DNA of 63,281 bases, the filler included, from Chiloscyllium plagiosum (taxonomy: Eukaryota), in assembly GCF_004010195.1 (NCBI RefSeq). It is 8 parts of one record of this genome, joined end to end, with 100 filler letters (N's around TTAATTAATTAA, not from the genome) between each part and the next. Parts side by side here need not be neighbours in the genome. Positions count along the whole stretch, not along the records: positions 1 to 22,476 come from NC_057717.1; positions 22,577 to 26,868 come from NC_057717.1; 6 more parts are not named here. One strand, written 5' to 3'. The notes under the pieces are model-generated. The model worked only from the letters and a program-made list of their open reading frames with translations. It ran no database searches and had not been told where the DNA came from. Every line of letters starts with the position of its first letter. Position 1 is the first letter of the stretch. Both the position numbers and the translations under genes were made by a program. This document shows positions 10,249 through 23,100 of this stretch, in pieces.

Positions 10249-12332
10249 AGTGTAAACATTTTAAAACTGTCGCTCCATTCCCAAGTGCGGGTATTGATAC
10301 CTGTCCTTCCATTCTAGATGGGGCATATCACACGAAGGACAGTGCTGCCTGAATAAAGGTGGGGAAGGACTGCAGCTCTCGGGGAGGCAGAGTGTCAGTG
10401 AACGGCCAAACACGTGACTTCTGCAAACTTCACCTTGTGACTGTGTTGGAATGAAAAGCATTTGACAGACTTGTACCGGATTGAAGTATTTACTAAAAAC
10501 AGGAAGCTGAGGAAGAAACAACATAAACGCATTCAAATATGAGTGCAGAAACATTTCCCGCAGCACGAATGAAATAGTAAAGGACAGAGTAGCGTTTCGA
10601 TACATTGAATTTGGGTACATTTGTTTTGATCAGTTTTAGCAGGGTATAAAACCATTAAAAAATGATACAGCATTTGCTCAGTATGATGGAACATTATCTC
10701 AGTAATTCGCACTGCTGTTCAGAGGGAGGGTTAGGTTGATTGGCAAAGTTAAATTGCCCTCTCGTATCGAAGGGAGTGAATTAAGTAAGTTAGGTGAATT
10801 AGCCATGGGTAACGCGGGGATAAAGTCAAAAGTCACAGGACGTCAGGTTATACTCCAACAGGTTTATTTGAAATCATAAGGAGGAGGGATTCCCCTTCTT
10901 CAGGTGAAATATAAGGAAATAGGGAGGGGAGCTAGGTCTGGTTGAGATGATCTTCAGAGAGTCAACACCGGCTCGATTGACTGAAATGCTCTTTCTGCAC
11001 TGTAGGATTCTGTCATTCTATGAATTGATAATGACGGTGTTTACTGGGGTGTAAAGCCATTAGAGAAGATGCTGATGGGGGTGTACTGAGGATGAGATTT
11101 TATTCACTTGTCTTCTTGGAAAATTGAGAACAGTTTTCACTGAACCAAAGAAGACTTCATGGGTTTTTTTTCAGGTTATGAAATGTTTGGACAGAGTAAA
11201 TAGGTGGAAAATTACCTCTTTCAAGTAAGTAAACATCTAGGTGTCAGGCATTCAATACCATTGATAAAACCTTTGAAGGACAAAGCAATGATGAGAACAG
11301 AATCGCTGTCACTCCGAGAATCTGTTTTTCAAAATATTTGGAAAGACACATTTGGTGACATACAAGGAATAAATTTCACAAGGAGAGAGAGACAGCGTGT
11401 GGCTAGGTAAAGGTGCAGAGGTGGGGTGCAGTCGGTCGGAAATTGCGGGGAAACAATGTCTAAGTTGGTTGACTTTAAATGTAAAGAAATTTCTTTAATG
11501 TGTGCAGATGAATAAGATTCGGTTCCAAAACTCTGCATTTTGAAAGATTTGGCATAATATTCCACCTAAAGCATTGTAAATGGAACTGAGTGGATTTTTA
11601 TTTATTGTGAAGGGAAGATATTACATAATGAATAGGAAGTGACCAATTGCTTGAAGATCGACTTCCTGCTTTCATCACATGCGTTAAGGATGTGAGAACA
11701 AACACCATGATGTTTGGTCCATTTAATACTCAGTGAAATCTGCCAAAGCAACGAACAACAAAACTGGTGGGTTTTCTTTTGCACTTTAACCCTCTGTTTT
11801 TCTAAGCAGTATTTTCCTTCAGCTGAAATAAAGTCAGAGCAAATTTGAATACAACATTAATTTATCCAATGAGATATATCTAATTCACTTCTGATTCTTA
11901 CAATGAACATTGTGAGGTTTCAGCAAAATTAAAATGAAACGAAGAAATCAGCATTTCTTGCGATTTAATCCAATTCATGTTCAGCCATATAAGAAAGGCC
12001 ATTGAGCGACAAAAACGCCTTTATTTCACTCACCATGGCAGCTTCTTCACTTGAGAGAGAAAGTGACTGAAGAAATTATGAGTCAAATGTAGGTGTAAAT
12101 ATGACGGAAAATTCTTGTCCTGTTTCATTCTGACTCAGTTCTGACTCAATGTATTAATGACAGCTATTCATTCTGACCAGCATGGCTATTTATTGGAATT
12201 TGCTATTATTATAAGTCTAGTGAAAGCAGAAAACACAATGGTGTGGATTCGATTCCGCTCTGAAACTTTCTCATCCATGACTTTCACCACATGTAACCTG
12301 ATGAGGTCACATGTCATCCCACTACAAAATGT

Positions 12333-12414
12333 GCTGAGGAGACCGAGAGATTATGGCGGTGGGTTATTATACCGCTGTGCTCCACATTCACGAGTTCGAG
12401 TCACACTCTGGTTG
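12333..12414 (+). pseudogene. Degenerate tRNA-Ser(GCT)-derived pseudogene
   Basis: 82 nt colinear with tRNA-Ser(GCT): GCTGAGGAGACCGAGAGATTATGGCG...TGTGCTCCACATTCACGAGTTCGAGTCACACTCTGGTTG; the anticodon has decayed. Confidence 0.6.
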
Positions 12415-12465
12415 CTAACTTTACGCACTGTTCTAGCAGTTTTCCTTTGCACTTCATAAAATATA

Positions 12466-14150
12466 GACCTGAGAGATGTTCCGCTTCATGCAGGAGCCTG
12501 ACTTTTTATAGACGGATCATCCCGGGTGACTGAAGGGAAAATAAATAATGAGTATGCATTTGTAGACGGGACAAATGGTAGTGTGGCAGAGGCAGGAAGG
12601 TTGGCAAATGGGTGGTCAGCTCAGACCTGCAAACTCTATGCATTGGAAAGAGCCCTTCCGGCGTTAGAAAATAAAGAGGGAGCAGCATTCAGTGACTCTA
12701 AATATGCATTTGGTGTTGTGCACACTGTTGGAAAGATATGGCAGGAAAGAGGACTGACCAATAGCCGGTGGAAGGAATTAGCACATGAGAAGTTGATTAA
12801 ACGGTTCTTGGAGTCCCTATTACTCCCCCGAGAAATAGCAGTAGTGCATGTAAACGGTCATCAGAAAGGAAATGAACCAGATGTTAGGGGGAATAGATTA
12901 GCTGATGAAGTGGCTAAGGAAGCAGGCCTGGACTCACAAGGAGTGCTGATTCATTCCCTAATACCTACTGTCCCTGATCCCCAAAAGCTCCTATATTTAC
13001 TGAAAGAGAAGAAAAAGAATCGAAAGATTTTGGGGCTGCAAAAAACAGCAGACGGGCAATGGATGTTACCTGATGGAAGGGAAATGTTAAACAAAATGAC
13101 ATTGCGAGAGATTATGGCCATCCTACACCAAGGCAGTCATTGGGGAGTACAAGCAATGTGTGATTTAGTTCTTAGGGAATATGGATGTAACGGAATATAT
13201 ACAATTGCTAAACACATATGTGAGGCATGTATAATATGCAGAAAGGTAAATAAGGAAGTCTTGAGAAAACAGACCCCAGGAGGAAGAGACCCGGGATTGA
13301 GACCCTTCCAGAGTATCCAAGTAGATTATACTGAAGTACCCAGAGTAGGAAGACGAGAATATATGCTGGTCATAGTAGATCATCTATCTGGTTGGATTGA
13401 GGCATACCTGCAAGCTTCTGCCACTGCGAGTGAGGTGTCTAAAACAATATTAGAGCACATGATTCCCCGATATGGGCTTGTGAACCGTATAGATTCCGAC
13501 CAAGGAACTCATTTTACCTCTAAAGTGTTACAGGAGATAATGAAAGGGTTGGGAATTTCCTGGAGTTCCATGCTCCATGGCACCCACCATCATCAGGAAG
13601 GTTTGAGAGAATGAACCAAACACTAAAACGACAGCTCTCTAAATTGATAATAGAAACCAGACTCCCTTGGACCAAATGTTTACCTATAGCTCTCTTGCTA
13701 GTACAAACAGCCCCAAGGAAAGATTTGGGACCTACCCCCTATGAAATCTTATTTGGATTACCTTATCTGGGAACGAATAGTGAATTGACAATTCCCGAAA
13801 CTAAAGACTTGTTCTAAGGAAGTATATACTGGGCTTGTCCGCGTCTTTGTCTCTCCTCAGGAAACAGAGTTTATTGGCACAGACTCCGCCCCTTGACTTC
13901 ACCGTTCATCCCATCCGGCCAGGAGATTGGGTCTTAGTAAAATCATGGACAGAGACTAAATTACAGCCGGACTGGGAAGGGCTGTATCAGGATCCTTTGA
14001 TTACCGAAACGACAATAAGGACAGCGGAGAAAGGCTGGACTGACTACACTCGGATCAAAGGGCCAGTGAAATCTCCAGTTGAGGAAGAAGTCTGGACAGC
14101 CAAATCAACGCAAGACCCACAGAAACTCAGGCTGAAGAGACTTAGAGTAA
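12466..14150 (+). pseudogene. pol: Retroviral pol remnant (RNase H + integrase)
   Basis: RNase H motifs FIDGSS, FSDSKYAFG, HVNGHQ, GNRLADEVAK; integrase HQGSH..CIIC, IQVDYTE, IDSDQGTHF, ERMNQTLK and GPY/F-like WEGLYQ. Frameshifts at ~13563 and ~13815 and a stop at ~12499. Confidence 0.93.
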
Positions 14151-14235
14151 CTGATTATACAGTAGCTACGCGACGCAGGATTATTTCTGTAGGATTGTGT
14201 ATTAAGATTTTTGTGCTTCAGCACAATTTTTAGAA

Positions 14236-16121
14236 TGCTGGGATGCTTAGAGTTATGATACGAGCCCTCTTAGTATTGGGAGTTTGTCAAATATAATTTT
14301 CACATGGGTTATTAACAGTCCCTGAGTCCGATAATCCGCATGGAATAGACCTGATGCATGTAGCTTAGTAAATTGTGGGGATGTAGATAATCAGAGACAG
14401 TACCGCAGCTCAGAGATACATCTTAATTCCTTTGGGGATGGTACTTGGTATAATGGTCTTGTCACAATACACGGGCCACCTTCCGATCACCTCTCGATTG
14501 TCACGATAAAGAGCGTAACCCAATATACCTAATGATAAAGAAAACCACATGGGACAAAGCAATTCTCGGTGTGGGGGGTGGGGGGGCACTTATGAGATAC
14601 AATTAGATGAAACATTTGGGATAGAAATGTAAGCAAACGGGAAGGATTTCTCGGACTGTTGTTTTCGAATTAGTGTAGGACAGGGAAAACGGGCAGAACT
14701 ATTGGATAGGAGAAAGTGAGGTCTGCAGATGCTGGAGGTCAGAGCTGAAAATGTGTTTCTGGAAAAGCGCAGCAGGTCAGGCAGCATCCAGGGAACAGGA
14801 GAATCGACGTTTCGGGCATAAGCTCTTCTTCAGAAATATTGGATAATAGTGTACAACCTTTCACCCCTCCCGATGACCCGAAAGTAGTAAAAATTATAGA
14901 GATAAAGGACTTGAAACAGACCATCGAAATAGAAACTGGGTACGGGGATGCAAATGCCTGGTTTGAATGGGTAAAGTATACTGGAAAATGTCTGAACAAA
15001 ACAATTGCGATGCATGTGCCTCCAGTAGGCCAGTGGCCCAGGTGGTTTCCTTTCCACTCGGGTGCAAGCGAGACAGGAAGTGCATGAAATGTACGATATT
15101 CCTGTATCAGGATAAGACTGCATGGAATGATAGGAATTGTACCTCCCTATCTCTGATGTTCTCTCCCTTGGAGAAGAAAGATTCTGAAGCCCCTCCCCTC
15201 CCTACGTTTTCAGCCGCAGTCGGAAATCACACGTCGTATGTGCGTAGACAAGGTACAAATCGGTCTAGAGATTTGGGGGAGCTGAAAGTATGTACAGAGA
15301 TTAAGAATGTCACCGAAACGGCCAAGGAGGAAACGACTCAGCACTAAAGGCTCCCCGAGCGGATTGTGGTGGTACTGTGTAGGCAAAATATTGAGACCCA
15401 CCCTACCACCGGATTGGAGAGGGATATGTGCAATTGTACAATTGGCAATTCCATTTACCCTAGCATTTGAGAAGGAAAAGATAGTGGGGAAAAAGGGAAG
15501 GAGTAAGAGATCACTGTTAGACACTTCTTTCAATGACAGGATTTATCTAGATTTTGTAGGAGTCCCTAGGAGTGTACCTGATGAGTTCAAGGCTCGTAAT
15601 CAGATTGCAGCAGGCTATGAGTCACCTCTCATTTGGTGGGTAACAATTAATAAAAATGTAGATTGGTTAAATTACATTTGCTATAATCAACAGCGATTTA
15701 TAAATTATACAAGAGATGCGGTAAAAGGAATATCAGAACAGCTTGAAGTGACAAGGAGGATTGCATGGGAAAACAAAATGGCCCTTGATATGATTTTAGC
15801 AGAAAAAAACTGTGTGTGTGTGTGATGTTAGGAGGAAGCTGTTGCACCTTTATTCCTAATAACACCGCACCTGATGGTTCAATTATTCCGGCGTTAAGAG
15901 GATTGACTACCTTAGCAGAGGAACTGGCTAAGAGTTCAGGAGTCGACACATCTCTCACGGGATGGCTTGAATCATGGTTTGGAAAATGGAAGGGGGTGGT
16001 AGTTTCCATCCTTACTTCCCTGATAGTAGTAGCCGGGGTATTGGTAGCCATTAGCTGTTATATCATGCCCTGTATACGAGGACTCAGCCAAAGGCTGATT
16101 GAGACAACCTTAATGAAATAG
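14236..16121 (+). pseudogene. env: Retroviral env remnant (gamma-type SU-TM)
   Basis: CXXC (CDAC), furin site RSKR, ISD-like WENKMALDMILAEK, CX6CC (CVMLGGSCC), TFIPNNTAPDGS and a TM helix. Several frameshifts, including one at (TG)7 15811-15824, plus a Penelope insertion. The start position is approximate. Confidence 0.92.
14709..14836 (-). mobile_element. Solo Penelope terminal repeat (family A) inserted in env with 9-bp TSD
   Basis: TATTGGATA at 14700-14708 and 14837-14845; the insert reads CTGAAGAAGAGCTTATGCCCGAAACGTCGATTCTCCTG...CCAGCATCTGCAGACCTCACTTTCTCC on the minus strand. Confidence 0.85.
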
Positions 16122-16275
16122 ATGCCCATTAAAAAGGGAATCAGGCAGAGGAACTTTGTCGATTAAGTAATGAGGGGATGAGTGAGACCAAGATGGATGA
16201 AATCTCTGGAATGGTGCTTGTGAATTTTAGGGGCAATGTTTTAAAGAAAAATGCAGAAGATAGCAAATGGTAATT

Positions 16276-16292
16276 AAAGAAAAAGGGGGAAA
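16276..16292 (+). other. Retroviral polypurine tract
   Basis: AAAGAAAAAGGGGGAAA immediately before the LTR start TG. Confidence 0.85.
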
Positions 16293-16319
16293 TTGTGGGA
16301 TATAGGTAACGTAATGTTA

Positions 16320-16541
16320 CTTTTGCATTCATAATTATTTATGCAAGGTAAATGCACTCACGCCAGTGTATAATTGTTTCAACCAAGAGCTGAGTCAACA
16401 AGAATGAAAACTATGTGAGGGAAATATATACTTTTGCATTCATAATTATTTATGCAAGGTAAATGCACTCACGCCAGTGTAAAATTGTTTCAAACAAGAG
16501 CTGAGTCAACAAGAATGAAAACTATGTGAGGGAAATATATA
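16320..16541 (+). repeat. 111-bp tandem duplication in LTR U3
   Basis: CTTTTGCATTCATAATT...GGGAAATATATA occurs at 16320 and 16431, nearly identical. Confidence 0.95.
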
Positions 16542-16936
16542 ATTGTTTTTGTATTAGCTAAAATGTGCATACAAGAATGAAACGTGTCTGCAAACAATGG
16601 TAGATGGTACAGAAAACGAGATAAGGTGCTGTGAGGATGTAGGTTAAGCCAGATATGCTTGTACAAGCAGTAGTTATAAGCATCTGTTTCCCACTTTTGC
16701 AAAAACACAAAAACAAACCCCAATTAAAATGTCATAAGGATCAATATGGTTGCGGAAAGTGAGGAAATGTCACAAGTGGGGGATTTAGGTAGAGGTGATG
16801 GAGGATATACCTAACAATGGGCCACAGCAGGATGTGGTGAAATGGCCAAGTAAAACTTGTACTTTGTTATGCACAAGGCCGGATAAGGCAGGAGAGAAAC
16901 AATAGTAATGGGCACCGGGTTTGATGTAGTGAATCC

Positions 16937-17009
16937 TATATAAGATATGTACTTGCTAAACTCTGTGTGCCATATTCCAGGCACCCCACGCTTGCAAGCG
17001 TCTAATAAA
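16937..17009 (+). promoter_or_regulatory. LTR TATA box and polyadenylation signal
   Basis: TATATAA (16937) then AATAAA (17004), in U3-R order. Confidence 0.7.
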
Positions 17010-17149
17010 CATACTGATTGTTTCAGATCTTGTCTCCGACTGAAATTATTGAAGTGAGTGAGCTTTGTTTCTCACACTTGGTAATTTAAATTTACTGTGC
17101 TTTCTGTTCACTCAAGTTCTCATATCAATTGCTCCTCGTTTTCTTCTCA

Positions 17150-20100
17150 CAGACACTGCATCACCTTCACCCTGACCCCCGCACACTTTATGCATCACCA
17201 TCACCCTGACCCCCTCACACTTCATGCGTCACAATCACCCTGACCCCCATCACACTTACTGCATCACTATCACCCTGACCCCGTCACACTTACTGCATCA
17301 CTGTCATCCTGACGCCCTCATACTTACTGCATCACAATCACCCTGACCCCCTCACAGTCACTGCATCAGTGTCACCTTGAGCCCATCACACTTACTGTGT
17401 CACTATCATCCTGACACCTGTCACACTTACTGCATCACTGTCACCCTGACCCCCGTAACATATTCTGCATCACTATCACCCTGACCCCCTCACACTTCAT
17501 GCGTCACAATCACCCTGACTCCCATCACACTTACTGCATCACTATCACCCTGACCCCGTCACACTTATTACATCACTATCACCCTAATCCTCTCACACTT
17601 ACTGCATCACAGTCAGCCTGACCCCCTCACACTTACTGTGCCATTATCACCCTGACCACCTCGCATTTAATTCGTCAATATCACTTTGACTCCCATCACA
17701 CTTACTGCATCACTATCACCCTGACCCCCTCACACGTACTGCGTCGGTATCACCCTGACCCCCTCACACGTACTGCATCACAGTCAACCTGACCCCCTCA
17801 CAATTACTTCGTCACTATAATCCTGATCCCCTCACACTTACGGCGTCACTGTCAGCCTGACACCCGTCACACTTACTGCGTCACTGTCGCCCTGATCCCC
17901 TCACAGTCACTGCATCACTATCATCCTGGCCCCATCTCACATACTGCGACACAATCACTCTGGCCCCCTCACAGTCACTGCATCACTGACACCTTGAACC
18001 CGTCACACTTTCTGCATCACTATCACCCTGGACCCCTCACACGTACTGGTTCATTATCACGCTGACCCCCTCACACTGACTGTATCACTATCACCCTGAC
18101 TCCCGTCACACTTACTGCGTCACTATCACCCTGACCTCCATCACACTTATGACATCAAGATCACCCTGACACCCTCACACTTAAATCGTCAAGATCACCC
18201 TGACCCCGTCACACTTTCTGCATCACTACCACTCTGACACCCTCACACGTACTGCGACACTATCACCCTGATCCCCTCACAGTCACTGAATCACTGTCAC
18301 CTTGCACCCCTCACACTTACTGTGTTACTATCACCCTGACACCCGTCACACTTACTGTATCACAATCACCCGACCCCCGCACACTTACTGCGTCACTGAC
18401 ACCTTGAACCCCTCACAATTACTGTGTCACTATTACGATTACACCCTCATACTGACTGCGGCACTGTCACACTGACCCCCACACACTTATTCTTCACTGT
18501 CACCCTGACCCCCTCACACTTCTTGCGTCACTGTCTACCTGACGCCCTCATACTTACTGCATCACATCACCCTGACCCACTCACACTTACTGCAACACTA
18601 TCACAGACCATATCACACTTACTGTGATACTATCATCCTGACCCCCTCACAGTCACTGCATCACTGTCACCTTGAACCCCTCACACTACTGTGTCACTAC
18701 CATCCTGACACCCGTCACACTTACTGCATCACTGTCACCCTGACCCCCGTAACATTTTCTGCATCACTATCACCCTGACACACTCGCACTTAGTGCGCAA
18801 CAGTCAACCTGACACCCGTCACACTTACTGCATCACTGACACCTTGAACCCCGCACACCTAATGTGTCACTGTCAAACTTACCCCCTCACAGTTACTGCA
18901 TCACTATCACACTGACCACCTCACACTTACTGCGAAACTATCAGCCTGATACCCTCACAGTCACTGCATCACCTTCACCCTGACCCCCTCACACTTCATG
19001 CTTCACTATCACCCTGACGCCACTCACACTTGCTGCATCACTATCACCCTGTGAGCCACAATCACCCTGACCCCCTCACACTTAGTGCGTAACAGTCACC
19101 CTGAACCCGTCACACTTACCGCATCACTATCACTCTGACCCCCTCACATTTAATTCGTCACTATCACCCTGACTCCCATCACACTTACTGCGTCACGATC
19201 AGCCTGACCCCCTCACACTTACTGCGACGGTATCACCCTGGTCCCCTCACAATTACTGCATCACAGTCAACCTGATCCCCTCACAATTACTTCGTCACTA
19301 TAAACCTGACCCCGTCACACTTACGGCATCACTGTCACCCTGACCCGCGTCACACTTGCTGCGTCACTGTCACCCTGACCCCCTCACAGTCACTGCATCA
19401 CTATCACCCTGACCCCCTCTCACATACAGCGACACAATCACCCTGTCCCCCTCCCAGTCACTGCATCGCTGTCACCTTGAACCCGTCAGAATTACTGTGT
19501 CACTGTCAACCTGACCCCGGTCACACGTTCTGCATCACTATCACCCTGGACCCCTCACACTTACTCCGTCACTATCACCCTGACCCCCGTCACACTTACT
19601 GCGTCATTATCACCCTGACCCCCACACACTTACTGTGTCACTATCATCCTGACCCAGTCACATTAATGACATCAAGATCACCCTGACACCCTCACACTTA
19701 CTGCGTCACGATCACGCTTACCCCGTCACACTTTCTGCATCACTATCACTCTGACACCCTCACACGTACTGCGACATTACCACCCTGAACGCCTCACAGT
19801 CACTGAATCACTGTCACCTTGCACCCCTCACACTTACTGTGTCACTATCACCCTGACCTCGTCACAAATACTGCATCACTATCACCCTGGCCCCCTCACA
19901 CTTACTGCGCCACTATCACCCTGAACCCCTCACACTTACTGCGTCACTATCACCCTGACCCCCGTCACACTTACGACATCAAGATCACCCTGGCCCCCTC
20001 ACACTTCATGCGTCACTATCAAACTGACCCCGTCACACTTACTGCATCACTATCGCCATAACCCCCTCACACTACTGAATCACAGTCACCCTGACTCCCT

Positions 20101-23100
20101 CACAGTTACTGCATCACAGTCACCCTGACCCCCTCACAATTACTGCGTCACTGTCACCCTGACCAACGTCACACTTACTGCACCACTATCACCCAGAGTC
20201 CTCACACTTATTTCGGAACTATCATCGCGACCCCTCTCACACTTACTGCATCACTATCAACCTGGTCCCCTCACACTTTCTGCGTCACTATCACCCTGAC
20301 GCCCTCACACTTACTGCGTCACTGTCACCCTGACCCCGTCACACTTACTGCGTCATTATCACCCTGACCCCCTCACACAATGACTGTGTCACTATCACCC
20401 TGACCCCCGTCACACTTATGCATCACTATCACCCTGACACCCTCACACTTACTGGGCGACGATCACCCTGACACCCGTCACACTTACGGTGTCACTATCA
20501 CCCTGACCCCGTCACACTTACTGAGTCACTATCAGCCTGACCCGCTCGCAGTCACTGCATCATTTTCAACTTGACCCCCTCACACTTAGTGTGTCACTAT
20601 CACCCTGATCCCCGTCATACTTACTGCGTCACTATCACCTTGACCCCCGTCACACTTACTCCCTCACAGTCACTGCAACACTGTCACCTTGACCCCCTCA
20701 CACTTACTGAGTCACTATCACGCTGACCCCTTTCACACTTACTGAATCACAGTCACCTGAACCCCACACACTTACTGCATCAATATCACGCTGACCCCCT
20801 CGCACTTACTGCGTAACAGTCACCCTGATCCCCGTCCCACTAACTGCATCACTGTCACCGGGGCTCGTCACAATTACTGCGTTACTATCACCCTGACCCC
20901 ATCACAGTCACTGCATCAGAGTCACCTTGACTCCCTTGACACCCTGACCCCCGTCACTCTTATTGCATCACAGTCACCCTGACCCCCACACACTTACTGC
21001 ATCAATATCACCCTGACCCCCTCACACTTACTGCGTCACTAACACCCTGACCCCCTCACAGTTACTGTGTCACTATTGCCCTGACACCCTCACAGTAACT
21101 GCATCACTGTCACCCTGGCCCCTCACACTTACTGCGTCACTATCGCCCTGGCCCCCACAAACATACTGTGTCACTATCTCCCTGACCCCCTCATACTTAT
21201 TGAATCACTATCACCCTGACCGCGTCACACTTACTGCGTCATTATCACCCTGACTCCCTCCCACTTACTGCGTCACTAGCATCCTGACCCCCGTCACACT
21301 TACTACATCATAAACAGCCTGACCGCCTCACACTTACTGCGACACTATCACCCTGACCCGCTCACAGTCATAGCATCACTGTCACCTTGAACCCCTCACG
21401 CTTACTGTGTCACTATCACCCTGACCCCTCACACTCAGTGTTTTACTGACACCCTGACAACCACATGCTTACTGTATCACTATCATCCTTACCCCTCACA
21501 CTTTCTGCATCACTGACACACTGACACCCTCACACTTACTGTTTCAATATCACCTGACACCCTCACACTTTCTGTGTCAATATCACCCCGAACCCGTCAC
21601 ACTTACTGCATCACTATCACCCTGACCCCCTCACAGTCACTGCATCACTGTCACCGTGACCCCTCACACTTACTGCCTGACGAACACCCTGACACCCGTC
21701 ACACTTACTGTATCACTATCACCCTGACACCCTCACACTTGCTGCGTCACTGGTCATACTTATTGTGTCATTATCACCCTGACACCCTCACACTTACTGC
21801 GACACTATCACTCTGACCCCCTCACAGTCACGGCATCACTGTCACCTTGAACCGCTCACTCTTACTGTGTCACTATCACCCTGATCCCCGTTATACTTAC
21901 TGCGTCACTATCACACTGACCCCATCACACATACTGCATCACGATCACCCTGACCCCCGTCACACTTACTGTGTCACTATTACTCTGATCCCGTCACACG
22001 TACTGAGTCACTATCACCCTGAACCCTTCACAGTCACTGCATCGTTGTCACCTTGACTCCCTCACACTTGCTGCGTCACTATCATCCTGACCCCCGTCAC
22101 AGTCACTGCATCACTGCCACCCTGACCACCTCACACTTACTGTGTCACTATCACCCTGACCCCCTCACAGTCACTGCATCACTGTCACCGTGACCCCTCA
22201 CACTTACTGCCTGACGAACACCCTGACACGCGTCACACTTACTGTATCACTATCACCCTGACACCCTCACACTTGCTGCGTCACTGACACCTTGACAACC
22301 TCAGACTTACTGTGTTACTATCACCCTTATCCCCTCACACTGACTGCACCACTGTCACACTGAACCCCACATATTTACTGCGTCATTGTCTCCCTGACCC
22401 CCTCACACTTACTGCGTCAATGTCTCCCTGACCCTGTCACACTTACTTCATCACTATCACCCTGTCCCCCTCACACNNNNNNNNNNNNNNNNNNNNNNNN
22501 NNNNNNNNNNNNNNNNNNNNTTAATTAATTAANNNNNNNNNNNNNNNNNNNNNNNNNNNNNNNNNNNNNNNNNNNNCCCCTCACACTTACTACATCACTA
22601 TCACCCTGACCCCGGTCACACTTACTGCATCACTATCACCCTGACCCCCTCACACTTACTACATCACTATCACCCTGACCCCGGTCACACTTACTGCATC
22701 ACTATCACCTTGACCCCCTCACACTTCCTACGTCACTATCACCCTGATGCCCTTCACACCTACTGCGACACTGTCACACTGACCCCCTCACAATTAATGC
22801 GTCACTGTCACCCTGACCCCGTCACACTTACTGCGTCACTACCACCCCGATAACAGTCACACTTACTGCATCACTGTCACCTTGACCCCGTAACACTTTC
22901 TGCATCACTATCAAACTGACTTAGTGCGCAACAGCCACCCTGAACCCGCCACATTTATTGCATCACTATCACCTGATCCCTTCACACTTCATGCGTCACT
23001 ATCACCCTGACCCCGTCACACTTACTGCATCACTATGACAATAAACCCCTCACACTTACTGTGTCACTATAACCCTGACCCCCTCACAGTTACTGCATCA

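Larger units (their letters stand above)
9852..12460. repeat. Right arm of diverged inverted segmental duplication
   Basis: Reverse complement of 2740-5150 plus 7019-7193; the equivalent of ~5150-7019 is absent (junction near 10025-10030). Confidence 0.85.
12466..17076 (+). mobile_element. 5'-truncated class I endogenous retrovirus (HERV-I/ERV-V-like): RNase H-IN, env, PPT, 3' LTR
   Basis: Colinear pol, env, polypurine tract and a TG...CA LTR; no gag, PR, RT or 5' LTR upstream. Confidence 0.92.
16294..17076 (+). mobile_element. ERV 3' LTR (783 bp)
   Basis: Termini TGTGGGA...TCTCACA (imperfect inverted repeat), TATATAA at 16937-16943, AATAAA at 17004-17009. Confidence 0.85.

Noticed and set aside
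17077..17100. TGG two bases after the LTR as a PBS (which would make it a 5' LTR)
   Set aside because: TGGTAATTTAAA does not match a tRNA 3' end I recognise, and the LTR is preceded by env and a PPT.
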